Source of the DNA: an uncultured Clostridia bacterium
GTDB lineage: Bacteria > Bacillota > Clostridia > Christensenellales > Borkfalkiaceae
Reading direction: 5' to 3'
Length of the DNA stretch: 64,000 nt
Assembly: GCA_947629095.1 (NCBI GenBank)
Contig: CANRCK010000004.1
Coordinates: forward strand, 57,080 to 121,079
Shown here: piece by piece, positions 1 through 13,288 of the stretch
Position numbering within the stretch: position 1 is the first letter of the stretch
How the letters are laid out: each line of letters begins with the position of its first letter
The notes under the pieces: generated by a model
Seen by the model: only the letters and a program-made list of their open reading frames with translations
What the model was told of the DNA's origin: nothing
Databases searched by the model: none
Made by a program: the position numbers and the translations under genes

Positions 1-516
1 AATGATGAGGAACTGCGTCATCGTCTCGGAAGTGGCGCCGGACTTGGATATTACGTTGAAACAGGTTTTTTCGGGTTCGATTACGTCGAGAAGAGCCTGC
101 ATTCTTACGGGGTCGACGTTGTCTTCAACGTAGAATTTGGGACCGTTGCGGTCCTTTTGGGGAAGCTCGTTATAGTGAAGATGCTTTAATGCGTTGAACG
201 CCATTATGGGACCGAGAGCGCTGCCGCCGATGCCGAGCACTACGAAATACTTGAACTTTTTTCTTACTTCCTTTGCCGTTGCGAGAATGTCGTTTACGAT
301 TGCTTCCTGATTGTAGGGTAGCTCGGTCCAGCCCATAAACAGGTCGTCCCTGCCGCGGTTTGCAGCTACATAGTCAAATGCTTCCTGCGCCTTGTCCTTT
401 ACCGCGCGGAGTTCACCGTCGGTAATGCCCTTGTCGCCGAGAGATTTGGACATCATATAGTTGTAATCCACGGTAACGCGCATCGAATTACGCCATTCCT
501 TTGTTTTATATGCCAT
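1..516 (-). CDS. pgi: glucose-6-phosphate isomerase, 5' part only (172 codons; the rest lies beyond the window start)
   Basis: Own minus-strand translation from ATG 514-516: MAYKTKEWRNSMRVTVDYNYMM...FVVLGIGGSALGP...NVISKSGATSETMTQFLII. The GIGGS and SKSGxTxET motifs are typical of PGI. GGAGGAAAAA Shine-Dalgarno at 521-530. Missing from the ORF track because it runs off the edge. Confidence 0.85.
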   Translation of the reverse strand, partial: MAYKTKEWRNSMRVTVDYNYMMSKSLGDKGITDGELRAVKDKAQEAFDYVAANRGRDDLFMGWTELPYNQEAIVNDILATAKEVRKKFKYFVVLGIGGSALGPIMAFNALKHLHYNELPQKDRNGPKFYVEDNVDPVRMQALLDVIEPEKTCFNVISKSGATSETMTQFLII

Positions 517-680
517 TAATTTTTTCCTCCATTGATTATTGCTTAAAAGCAAATTCCAAATGATATTATAGCCCACAAATGAGGCTTAGTCAATAGCAAT
601 GCGGAAATTTGCTCAATTTTTTGGCAAACTGCCGCCATTTAGTTGCGTGAACGATTGTTTATAAGTTATAATCTATATAT

Positions 681-1895
681 ATGGATTATACGTTTACGGA
701 GGACCAGGTTAAGGCGTACGGACTTATAACGGACTGGTTTTTCCGCTCTGCAAAACAGATATTCGTGCTTGCGGGCTACGCGGGAACGGGAAAAACAACC
801 CTTATAAAGAGGGTGGTGCTTGACGCGCTGAAGCTTGTGCCGGACGAGAGCGCAGCTTTTGTTACGCCCACGGGGAAAGCTGCAACCGTGCTGATACGCG
901 CGGGGATCCCCGCCACTACTCTCCACCGGCTGATTTACCAGTCGATTGTTACCGAACAGGAAGTGGAAGTAAACGGCAAAAAAATAACCGTTGAAAAACT
1001 TTCTTTCAAGCGGCGCGAGCATATAGATAAAGACGTTAAACTCATAGTTCTGGACGAGGCTTCGATGGTCTCGGACGAGGTAATAGCCGATTTGGCGGGG
1101 TTCGGCGTGAAGCTGTTGCTGTGCGGGGACAACGCGCAGCTGCCGCCCGTGGAGGGATTTAACAGCTGCCTTACTCTGCCGGACTTTACGCTTGAAACTA
1201 TTGTGCGGCAGGAACTTGACAATCCCATAATAAAACTTTCAAAAATGGCGCGCGAGGGAGTTTATATTCCCTTCGGGAGATACGGCAACACCGTGGCGGT
1301 GACTTCAAAGCGGATTTTTACGGGCGAGAGACGGAAACAGTCGCTTTTGAACGCGGACCAGATAATCTGCGGGATAAACAAAACCAGGGCGCAGATAAAC
1401 GACGAGGTGCGCTCCTACAGGGGGCTGGGCGCGCTGCCCCAGACGGGGGATAAGCTTATTTGCACGCAGAATAATTGGGAAACTTTTATTGACGAGGATA
1501 TGCGGTTCAATCTTGTGAACGGCATTATAGGCACAGCTTACAAACCGTTTTACGACACGGACAAGAGCATTGGGTTTATGATGTTCAAGCCCGATTTTTT
1601 GGAGGATTATTGCCCCGAAGCTCTGCCGTTTGACGCGGGGATTTTTATTGCGGGCAATTATTGGTATAAGCGCGGGGATTATTTTGAAAAAACGGACGAA
1701 AACGGCGAGCCGACAGGGGTGTTCACCTTGAACAGGTTCGAATACGGATACTGCATTTCCTGCCACAAGGCGCAAGGCTCGGAGTTTGACAACGTTTTGG
1801 TGTTTGACGAGAGTTACGCTTTTAAGGAAGATAAAAACAGGTGGCTTTACACCGCCATTACCCGCGCAAAAGAAAAATTGATTATAGTGCGTTAG
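681..1895 (+). CDS. small SF1B helicase, RecD/Dda/Pif1-like
   Basis: 404 aa. Walker A GYAGTGKTT, Walker B IVLDEASM, C-terminal CHKAQGSEFDNVLVF...YTAITRAKEKL as in RecD-like helicases. Single-module size similar to phage Dda. Confidence 0.7.
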   Translation: MDYTFTEDQVKAYGLITDWFFRSAKQIFVLAGYAGTGKTTLIKRVVLDALKLVPDESAAFVTPTGKAATVLIRAGIPATTLHRLIYQSIVTEQEVEVNGKKITVEKLSFKRREHIDKDVKLIVLDEASMVSDEVIADLAGFGVKLLLCGDNAQLPPVEGFNSCLTLPDFTLETIVRQELDNPIIKLSKMAREGVYIPFGRYGNTVAVTSKRIFTGERRKQSLLNADQIICGINKTRAQINDEVRSYRGLGALPQTGDKLICTQNNWETFIDEDMRFNLVNGIIGTAYKPFYDTDKSIGFMMFKPDFLEDYCPEALPFDAGIFIAGNYWYKRGDYFEKTDENGEPTGVFTLNRFEYGYCISCHKAQGSEFDNVLVFDESYAFKEDKNRWLYTAITRAKEKLIIVR

Positions 1896-1935
1896 TGTGC
1901 CGAGTGTGGTGGGATTGGGAAAGCTGTTTTTTAAA

Positions 1936-6148
<4,213 letters not shown>

Positions 6149-6301
6149 ACGTATATTATATCACAGCGGCATGAAAAACTCAATAGATTTGGGCTTTTCA
6201 AGGGACGGAAGTTGAAAAGTTTGCCCGCCGCAATCAAGCAGAAAGCGGCGGGCGCAGGTTTGCCTTTAAACGCGGTTTTTTTGATTTGGGGCAACAAAAA
6301 A

Positions 6302-6691
6302 TCAACCGCCGATTATTTTTGTGGTTTCCTTTTCCCTGCGGTATTTTGCAAGGGCGGAAAGATAGCGGTTTGATAGTTCGAGGGTGTAGCGCTGCTTTTC
6401 CTCATAGGACAGCGTTTGATAGTAGTCCGCGTCCGTGAGCCTGCCGATTGCGTCGGAGACTTCACCCTCCTCGTCGAGCATCTTTTTTACGCGCAAATAA
6501 AATTCATCGTCCTTTTCGCCGCGGATTGCGCTGATTACTTTGCCCTTCATTGTGGATTTTACCTTTATTTCGCTTACTCCCCTCTGCCTGGCGCTGTCGG
6601 CGTTTTGGTCGAAATTCTTTTTACAGTCGTTCCAGAAATCATTTTTGAGCCGCTGCTTGGCGGCGCGCGCGAGAGCCTTTAAATCGCCCAT
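6302..6691 (-). CDS. hypothetical charged protein (129 aa)
   Basis: Intact ORF with GGAGGG Shine-Dalgarno about 5 nt upstream of the ATG. Lys/Glu-rich. No motif I recognise. Confidence 0.55.
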   Translation of the reverse strand: MGDLKALARAAKQRLKNDFWNDCKKNFDQNADSARQRGVSEIKVKSTMKGKVISAIRGEKDDEFYLRVKKMLDEEGEVSDAIGRLTDADYYQTLSYEEKQRYTLELSNRYLSALAKYRREKETTKIIGG

Positions 6692-6733
6692 AATCCCCTC
6701 CGCAAAATTTGATATTTTACGACTTTTTTTATT

Positions 6734-6770
6734 ATGAAAAAAGCCCGTTGCACAGCCATTCGTGCAACGA
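6734..6770 (-). terminator. intrinsic terminator after rpsU
   Basis: Minus strand reads CGTTGCAC-GAATGGCT-GTGCAACG followed by GGCTTTTTTC. Stem arms at 6746-6753 and 6762-6769. Confidence 0.7.
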
Positions 6771-6778
6771 ACTCTTCA

Positions 6779-6955
6779 TTAGTTTTTATTTCTCTTTCTT
6801 GCCGCTTCAGCCTTTTTGCGCTTTTTAACGGAGGGAGATTCGTAAAATTCTTTTTTACGGAGATCGCCTATGATACCGTCGCGCGAGCATTTTCTTTTAA
6901 ATCTTCTGAGAGCGCTCTCTACAGACTCGTTTTCGCCCACTCTTATTGTTGACAT
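6779..6955 (-). CDS. rpsU: 30S ribosomal protein S21
   Basis: Own translation (58 aa, below the ORF-track cutoff): [67 protein letters not shown] Shine-Dalgarno upstream. Confidence 0.9.
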   Translation of the reverse strand: MSTIRVGENESVESALRRFKRKCSRDGIIGDLRKKEFYESPSVKKRKKAEAARKRNKN

Positions 6956-7097
6956 TTCCTACCCTCCTTCGCCTTGCGCAATTAGTCGTTTGCCAGAAAC
7001 GCTTTTAAAGTATAACAAACGGAGAAAATTATGTCAACGGTTTTTGGAATCAAAAGAAATTTTTTCCTTAAATAATTTTAAAGAAAATAATTATTTA

Positions 7098-8132
7098 TTA
7101 TACCAACGGAATCTGCGCGCAGGCGTTAATGTCGAGCGGGGAAAAATTGCCGGCAAGATATTGGGTCAAGCCCTCCGAAGCTATCATTGCGGCGTTGTCG
7201 GTGCAGAACTGTTTGGGGGGAAGCACGCAGCGCAGCCCCGCACGCTTGCAGGCGGAGGACAACGCCTCGCGGAGATAGCCGTTGGCTATTACGCCACCCC
7301 CTGCCGTGACGGTGGTTGCACCCAAAGACAGGGCGCACTCAACGGTCTTTTTTACGAGGGGGTCGATTGCGGCGTGCTGGAAAGAACAGGCGACGTCGGC
7401 ATAACTTATAGCCTCGCCGCGCTGTTCGGCATTGTGGACGGCGTTTATTACTGCCGTCTTTAATCCGCTGTAAGAAAACTGCATACGTGTTGAGTTTTTT
7501 ACAAGCGCGGGCGGAAGCTTTACGGTGTTGGAGCCGCTGCGGGCAAGCCGCTCGACATTGGCGCCGCCGGGATATTCAAGCCCCAGAACCCGCGCGACTT
7601 TATCGAAGGCTTCGCCTGCGGCGTCGTCGCACGTGCCGCCGAGGACTTTGAATTCAAGATAATTTTTTGTGTATAAAACAGCCGTGTGACCGCCGCTTGC
7701 AAGCAGGGTGACGAACGGAGGCTTAAGCTCTTCGTCAACGAGGTAGGCGGCGGCAAGATGACCGCGGATGTGATTTACGCCGATGAGGGGGATATTTAGG
7801 GAATACGCCAGACCCTTGGCAAAAGACAGACCGACGAGAAGGGCGCCCAAAAGCCCCGCGCCATAGGTTACGGCTATTGCGTCGAGCCGGTTTGCGGATA
7901 CGTTTGCCGATTCAAGCGCCCTGCGAACGACCTCGTCCACGGCTTCGGTGTGAGCGCGGGAGGCGATTTCGGGCACTACGCCGCCGTACTTTGCTTGCTC
8001 GGTTGCAGAGGAAATTATTTCCGACGAGAGAAGCTTTCTGCCGCAAATTATAGCCGCGGCGGTTTCGTCGCAGCTTGATTCTATGCCTAAGATTATGGGC
8101 GATGGTTTGATTGTGGCGTTTGGTGTGTACAT
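7098..8132 (-). CDS. tsaD: tRNA N6-adenosine threonylcarbamoyltransferase
   Basis: 344 aa. ILGIESSCDETAAA and GVNHIRGHL motifs of the Kae1/TsaD family. Confidence 0.93.
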   Translation of the reverse strand: MYTPNATIKPSPIILGIESSCDETAAAIICGRKLLSSEIISSATEQAKYGGVVPEIASRAHTEAVDEVVRRALESANVSANRLDAIAVTYGAGLLGALLVGLSFAKGLAYSLNIPLIGVNHIRGHLAAAYLVDEELKPPFVTLLASGGHTAVLYTKNYLEFKVLGGTCDDAAGEAFDKVARVLGLEYPGGANVERLARSGSNTVKLPPALVKNSTRMQFSYSGLKTAVINAVHNAEQRGEAISYADVACSFQHAAIDPLVKKTVECALSLGATTVTAGGGVIANGYLREALSSACKRAGLRCVLPPKQFCTDNAAMIASEGLTQYLAGNFSPLDINACAQIPLV

Positions 8133-8147
8133 AATTTTATTAAAAAA

Positions 8148-8372
8148 GTCGCTGCGCGACAGATTCTTCGTCGGGCTGCGCCCTCCTCAGAATGACAGGA
8201 GAGGGAAAGCGGAAGAGGGCAAGTTTGGGTTGCCGCATACATATTTAAATAATTTATGGTGCAAACAGGGAATTATCAATCCCCTCAGTCTCGCGTTGCT
8301 CGACAGCTCCCCCTACTACGGGGAGCCAAGGAATAAGAAGCGATGACAGCTCCTCTTACTAAGGGGCACGAA
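8148..8372. repeat. extragenic repeat cluster: inverted family-B end plus a family-A unit and a degenerate half unit
   Basis: 8148-8199 GTCGCTGCGCGACAGATTCTTCG...CCTCAGAATGACAGG is the reverse complement of the family-B left end. 8281-8332 is CCCCTCAGTC...GACAGCTCCCCCTACTACGGGGAGCCAAGG. 8342-8372 is a decayed hairpin-2 copy. Confidence 0.8.
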
Positions 8373-8440
8373 GTCTGCAACGGATTAAATACAAGCAAGA
8401 CAAGGGGCGCGCAACCGCACGAAAATTTTTGTGAACTTTT

Positions 8441-9541
8441 TTATACTGTTTTCTTTAAATAATCGATTATAAAGCCCTGTATATCCCCGTCCATAACTGC
8501 CTGAACGTTGGGGTTTTCGTAGCCGGTGCGGTGGTCCTTTACAAGCGTGTAGGGGCAAAAGACGTAGGAGCGGATTTGGCTGCCCCATTCTATCTTTTTG
8601 ATTTCGCCCTTCAATTCCGCGTCCGAGGCTTCGCGTTCGGCTATCTGTCTTTCAACCAGCTTTGCGCGCAGATATTCAAAAGCCATAGCCTTGTTTTGCA
8701 GTTGGCTGCGCTCGTTCTGGCACGTGACGACTATACCCGTGGGAAAATGGGTTATGCGGATTGCAGTTTCGGTTTTGTTTACCTTTTGTCCGCCCGCGCC
8801 CGAAGAACGGTAGACGTCTATTCTTATATCCTCGTCGCGGATTTCAACTTCGTTTTCATCCTCGATTTCGGGCATAACCTCGAGGGAGGCAAACGACGTG
8901 TGGCGGCGTTTGTTGCTGTCGAACGGGGAAATGCGCACCAAACGGTGAACTCCCTTTTCCGCCTTTAAAAAGCCGTAGGCGTTTTCGCCGTCGACTTTGA
9001 AGCTTACGCTCTTTAAGCCCGCTTCGTCGCCGTCCTCAAAGTCCAGATCTGTGACCTTGAAGCCCTGCTTTTCGCAATAGCGGCAGTACATTCTGTATAG
9101 CATCTGCGTCCAGTCGCAAGCCTCGGTGCCGCCCGCGCCCGCGTGAAGATTCAATATGGCGTTGTTTGCGTCGTACTTGCCCTTTAAAAGCGCACGTATG
9201 CGCATATCTTCAATATCGGCTTCGGTTGTGGAGATCATTTGCTCAAGCTCGGGAATGAGACTTTCGTCGTCCGCCTCCTCTATGAGGTCCACAAAGGCAT
9301 AGGCGTCGGCAAGGGCGCCCTCGCCCTTTTTATAGCTTGAGAGCTTGTTCTCGACCGAAGAAATTTCCCTGCCGATTTTGGCGGACCTTTCCAGATCCTG
9401 CCAGACTTCCGGCTTTTCCTGCTCTTTTTTGAGTTCATCGAGGCGCGCGCCGAGATTGTCGATATCGAGCGCGTACTTTGCCTCGGAAAGTGAGTCCGCA
9501 AGGGTTTTGAGTTTTAATCTGTAATCGTCTGCTTTGAACAT
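8441..9541 (-). CDS. prfB: peptide chain release factor 2 (single uninterrupted frame)
   Basis: 366 aa. RF2-specific SPF (RISPFDS) and GGQ (SGAGGQKVNK). Downstream of secA as in Firmicutes. Confidence 0.93.
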   Translation of the reverse strand: MFKADDYRLKLKTLADSLSEAKYALDIDNLGARLDELKKEQEKPEVWQDLERSAKIGREISSVENKLSSYKKGEGALADAYAFVDLIEEADDESLIPELEQMISTTEADIEDMRIRALLKGKYDANNAILNLHAGAGGTEACDWTQMLYRMYCRYCEKQGFKVTDLDFEDGDEAGLKSVSFKVDGENAYGFLKAEKGVHRLVRISPFDSNKRRHTSFASLEVMPEIEDENEVEIRDEDIRIDVYRSSGAGGQKVNKTETAIRITHFPTGIVVTCQNERSQLQNKAMAFEYLRAKLVERQIAEREASDAELKGEIKKIEWGSQIRSYVFCPYTLVKDHRTGYENPNVQAVMDGDIQGFIIDYLKKTV

Positions 9542-9545
9542 AAAA

Positions 9546-9981
9546 TACCTGAAGATATGCGAAATTTATTCGCTTGAAAGTGAGGAGCCAAGGGCTTCCC
9601 CGCCTGTCATTCTGAGGCGTTAGCCGAAGAATCTGTTGCGAAGCAACTTTTCCGTTTCTACATTCCCCGAGCAAACCACGGGGGATTCTTTCGCTCAATC
9701 GCCCGCTTTCAGCGGGTCTCATTTCGACTCAAAATGACAAAGCTTTAATTGACATTGCCCCCTCAGTCACCTGCGGTGACAGCTCCCCCCACAAGTGAGG
9801 GCAGCCAAGGGTGAGTGCCATTACGAAGTTAACGGTGGGTAGAAGCGAGTTATGCAAGGCGCGCGAGGAAAACTTGAAGGAGCGTACATAGACGTACGTG
9901 TCGTACCGAAGGCGTTAGCCTTACTGAAAGTTGCCGCAGCGCAACACAGCAGAACAACGCTTATACACGCCGCCGCGGCAG
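9546..9981. repeat. composite repeat array (A-half, B, A, C) filling the secA-prfB intergenic region
   Basis: A 3' half at about 9575-9596 (GTGAGGAGCCAAGGG), family B at 9605-9739, family A at 9757-9811, diverged family C at 9820-9981. Same order as at 58701-59107. Confidence 0.85.
9605..9739 (+). mobile_element. family-B 135-bp MITE-like element with terminal inverted repeats
   Basis: Ends TGTCATTCTGAG ... CTCAAAATGACA (11/12 inverted match). Internal hairpins GTTGC-GAA-GCAAC, CCCCG-N9-CGGGG, CCCGC-TTTCA-GCGGG. A second copy of identical length lies at 58771-58905. Confidence 0.75.
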
Positions 9982-12900
9982 CTATACTATTTTGCCGTGG
10001 CACTTTTTATACTTCAACCCCGACCCGCACGGACATGGGTCGTTTGGTCCTATCTTCTTTTTTTCGTTTACCTTGGGAAGGGCTTTGCCGCCGATATTTG
10101 CGGCTAAGTCCTGCGGAGGCATGGGTGCGTCGCCTATTACCGGTCCGCTTAAAGGTCCAACGCGATTTATTTGGGTGGATTGCGGCTGACCCCGAACGGG
10201 AGCTTCGCCCTGACTATTTTGCGTATTCTGCGTATTTTGGGCGTTTTGGGCGTTTTGGGCTTCACGCGCTTCGATTTCCTTTACACGCTGCTCCATAATC
10301 TGCTGCGCGCGGGCAAAAACGCCGGGGTTCATGGGCGCGTGGTCGTTGCTTTCGGGGGTGGGTATTACCTGCTTGCGGACGGGAGCCTGCGGAGCCACGC
10401 GGACTATTCTGCCCTTTAACAGACGGGAAATGGTGGTTGTTTGCACGCGCTCTATCATCTCCTCAAACATCTCGTAACCTTCGGTTTTGTAGGAAATTAC
10501 GGGGTCCTGCTGGGCGTAGCCGCGCAAGCCTATGCCCTTCCTGAGCTGGTCCATGGCGTCTATGTGGTCTATCCAGTTTCTGTCCACGCTTCTCAAAAGC
10601 TCGTTGCGCTCGATTTGGTGATAGTCGACCTGACCGCCTGTCATTTCGCTTACGTTGACTATTTTTTGCTCGTACGCGTTTATGACTTCCTTGCTGATTT
10701 TTTGGATTGCGCGCTCGTAATTCCACTTTTCGAGCATTTCGCGGGTGATTTCAAAGGTGCATTCGTCGGGATATACCTTTTGGCGGAGAGCCTCGTTTAA
10801 AGCGGACTCATCCCACTTTTCGGGCATTTCTTCGGTGTTGACCGTTTCCCCGACAATCTTTTCGACGTAGTCGGGAATGTATTTGAGCATTTGCTCGTGC
10901 ACGTCCTCGCCCTTTAAAACTTTCATACGCTCGCCGTAGATGGTTTTGCGCTGCTCGTTCATAACCTCGTCGTATTGGAGGGTGTTCTTTCTTATACCGA
11001 AGTTCCTGCCCTCGATTGCGCGCTGGGCGTTTTCTATGGATCGGGTGAGCATTTTGGATTGCAGACACTGGTCCTCGTCTATTTTGAATACGGAGTAGAG
11101 CTTTTTCATGCTCTCTCCGCCGAAACGCTTTGCAAGATCGTCCTCAAGGGAAATGAAGAACACGGAGTCGCCCGGGTCGCCCTGTCGACCCGAACGTCCG
11201 CGGAGCTGGTTGTCGATACGGCGGCTTTCGTGCCGTTCGGTGCCGATTATACATAATCCGCCCGCGGCGATGACCTGCTGCTTTTCGGCGTCGGTCTCCT
11301 TTTTATACATTTCGTACAGCTCGGCATAACGCGCCCTTGCAACCTGCTCTTCCTCGGTGAATTCGCGGTCGGCGTAGGAGATTGCAACCTCTACCATGTC
11401 GTGGTCGTAGCCTTCCTCCCGCATGCGCTTTTTGGCAAGATATTCGGGGTTGCCGCCCAAAAGGATATCGGTGCCGCGTCCTGCCATGTTGGTGGCTATG
11501 GTTACGGCGTTGAGTCTGCCCGCCTGCGCTACGATTTCGGCTTCGCGCGCGTGGTTTTTGGCGTTTAAGATGTTGTGCTTTATGCCGTTGCGGCGGAGAA
11601 GCCTTGAAATTTCCTCAGACTTATCCACGGTGACTGTACCTATAAGTATGGGCTGACCCTTTGCGTGGCGCTCGACCACCTCGTTGACGATGGCGCGCTT
11701 TTTGCCCTCTACCGTGGAATAGATCATATCGGCATAGTCCACCCTCTTTACGGGGCGGTTGGTGGGAATGGGAACGACGTCGAGGGAGTAGATAGTTCTG
11801 AACTCGTCCTCTTCGGTTTTTGCAGTACCCGTCATTCCCGAGAGCTTTTTATAGAGCCTGAAATAATTTTGGAACGTTACGGTGGCGTGGGTTTTGTTCT
11901 CCTCCTTTACCTTGACGTGTTCCTTTGCCTCGATTGCCTGATGGAGACCGTCGGAATACCGCCTGCCGTTGAGAATACGGCCGGTAAATTCGTCGACGAT
12001 GAGTATTTCGCCATCGTCGGAGACAATGTACTCTTCGCCGTTGTGGAACAGCTCGTGAGCCTTTAACGCCTGCTGTATGTGGTGGTTGAGGTCGGCGTTT
12101 TCCACGTCGCCGAGGTTCTGTATGCCAAAGAATCTTTCGGCTTTTTCGGCGCCCTTTTCGGTGATTGTGACGGACTTATCCTTGCGGTCGATTATATAGT
12201 CCCAATTCTCCATTTCCTCGAGAATGGATATAAGGCGGTCCTGCGCTTCCTGTTCCTCTTTGGAAAGCTCCTTCTTCTTGCGGGAAGGCGCCTTTTTTTC
12301 CGCCTCCTTTTTGTCGTCGTCGAAGCCGCCCGAAAGCGTGCGGACAAACCTGTCCACGTCCTCGTACAGCTTTGAGCTTTCGCCGCCCCTGCCGGAAATG
12401 ATCAAAGGGGTACGCGCTTCGTCTATGAGTATGGAGTCGACCTCGTCGATTATGCAGAAGTTCAGCTCGCGCTGGACCATTGCGGGAATGGAAGTTTTTA
12501 AGTTGTCGCGCAGATAATCGAAGCCCAGCTCGTTGTTGGTGGCGTAGATTATATCGCTTTGATAGCTCGTTTGCTTATCCTTGTCGTCCATTCCGGGAAC
12601 CACTACGCCGACGGTTAGCCCCATGAATTTGTGAACCTTGCCCATCCACTCGGCGTCACGCCGGGCAAGATAGTCGTTTACGGTTACTATATGGACGCCG
12701 TGCCCCGTGAGCGCGTTGAGATAGGCGGGAAGGGTTGAAACGAGGGTTTTGCCTTCGCCCGTCTTCATTTCGGCGATTCTGCCCTGGTGGAGACAGATGC
12801 CGCCCATTATCTGGACGTGGAAGTGCTTCATTTTTAAAACGCGCCAGCTTGCCTCGCGCAGGGCGGCAAAGGCGTCGTAGAGGATATCGTCGAGCGTTTC

Positions 12901-13065
12901 CCCCGCGGCGAGCCTGTTCTTTAAGATTTGCGTCTGCCCCTTTAGTTCCTCGTCGGACATGGCGGCGTATTTGGGTTCGAGATCCTCAACCTTGTCCGCC
13001 ATTTTATCGAGCTTTTTTAAGGCGCCGCGGCTGTCGGAACCGAGAATGAATTTTACAAGTCCCAT
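9982..13065 (-). CDS. secA: preprotein translocase ATPase SecA (long form, 1027 aa)
   Basis: MKTGEGKTL Walker A, DEVDSILIDEARTPLIISG, C-terminal zinc motif CPCGSGLKYKKCHG. Extra charged insert and Q/N-rich C-terminal extension. Confidence 0.95.
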   Translation of the reverse strand: MGLVKFILGSDSRGALKKLDKMADKVEDLEPKYAAMSDEELKGQTQILKNRLAAGETLDDILYDAFAALREASWRVLKMKHFHVQIMGGICLHQGRIAEMKTGEGKTLVSTLPAYLNALTGHGVHIVTVNDYLARRDAEWMGKVHKFMGLTVGVVVPGMDDKDKQTSYQSDIIYATNNELGFDYLRDNLKTSIPAMVQRELNFCIIDEVDSILIDEARTPLIISGRGGESSKLYEDVDRFVRTLSGGFDDDKKEAEKKAPSRKKKELSKEEQEAQDRLISILEEMENWDYIIDRKDKSVTITEKGAEKAERFFGIQNLGDVENADLNHHIQQALKAHELFHNGEEYIVSDDGEILIVDEFTGRILNGRRYSDGLHQAIEAKEHVKVKEENKTHATVTFQNYFRLYKKLSGMTGTAKTEEDEFRTIYSLDVVPIPTNRPVKRVDYADMIYSTVEGKKRAIVNEVVERHAKGQPILIGTVTVDKSEEISRLLRRNGIKHNILNAKNHAREAEIVAQAGRLNAVTIATNMAGRGTDILLGGNPEYLAKKRMREEGYDHDMVEVAISYADREFTEEEQVARARYAELYEMYKKETDAEKQQVIAAGGLCIIGTERHESRRIDNQLRGRSGRQGDPGDSVFFISLEDDLAKRFGGESMKKLYSVFKIDEDQCLQSKMLTRSIENAQRAIEGRNFGIRKNTLQYDEVMNEQRKTIYGERMKVLKGEDVHEQMLKYIPDYVEKIVGETVNTEEMPEKWDESALNEALRQKVYPDECTFEITREMLEKWNYERAIQKISKEVINAYEQKIVNVSEMTGGQVDYHQIERNELLRSVDRNWIDHIDAMDQLRKGIGLRGYAQQDPVISYKTEGYEMFEEMIERVQTTTISRLLKGRIVRVAPQAPVRKQVIPTPESNDHAPMNPGVFARAQQIMEQRVKEIEAREAQNAQNAQNTQNTQNSQGEAPVRGQPQSTQINRVGPLSGPVIGDAPMPPQDLAANIGGKALPKVNEKKKIGPNDPCPCGSGLKYKKCHGKIV
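10217..10261. repeat. in-frame 9-nt tandem repeat inside the secA 3' region
   Basis: TTTTGCGTA TTCTGCGTA TTTTGGGCG TTTTGGGCG TTTTGGGCT on the plus strand. Encodes AQNAQNAQNTQNTQN in SecA. Confidence 0.7.
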
Positions 13066-13224
13066 TATTTACTCCTTACGGATTGATTTTTAAGAAGGTG
13101 CGCCTTTGAACGCGTTTTTGCGGGCGCACAAAAATTATATAAACAATTATATAATGGCTTAACCACCATTGTACAATATTTCGGCGTATAAGTAAAATCG
13201 TTTTTTTAAAAATTTTGCATTTTT

Positions 13225-13271
13225 TTGGAAAAATTTAAAAGGACGGCTGTGCGATACGTAAAACCGTCCTT
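13225..13271 (-). terminator. terminator-like hairpin after the 155-aa gene
   Basis: Minus strand: AAGGACGG-18 nt loop-CCGTCCTT followed by TTAAATTTTT. Arms at 13239-13246 and 13264-13271. Confidence 0.5.
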
Positions 13272-13288
13272 ATGCTTTGATTTAAGGT

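Noticed and set aside
8441-9541. Looked for the programmed +1 frameshift site (CTT TGA C near codon 25) typical of prfB.
   Set aside because: The frame is continuous from Met1 (…SEAKYALDIDNLGARL…) through the region that aligns with the usual shift site, so this RF2 is encoded without recoding. That is a known, common variant and not an anomaly.
9435-9722. ORFs predicted across repeat arrays (9435-9722, 9821-10003, 19259-19441, 43424-43978, 51223-51513, 51308-51613, 58552-58971, 58914-59105), some sharing peptide strings such as RLETSKTRSVRKR.
   Set aside because: The shared peptides arise from translating family A/B/C repeats. These ORFs lack RBSs, cross hairpins and sit in intergenic spacers, so I treat them as spurious.
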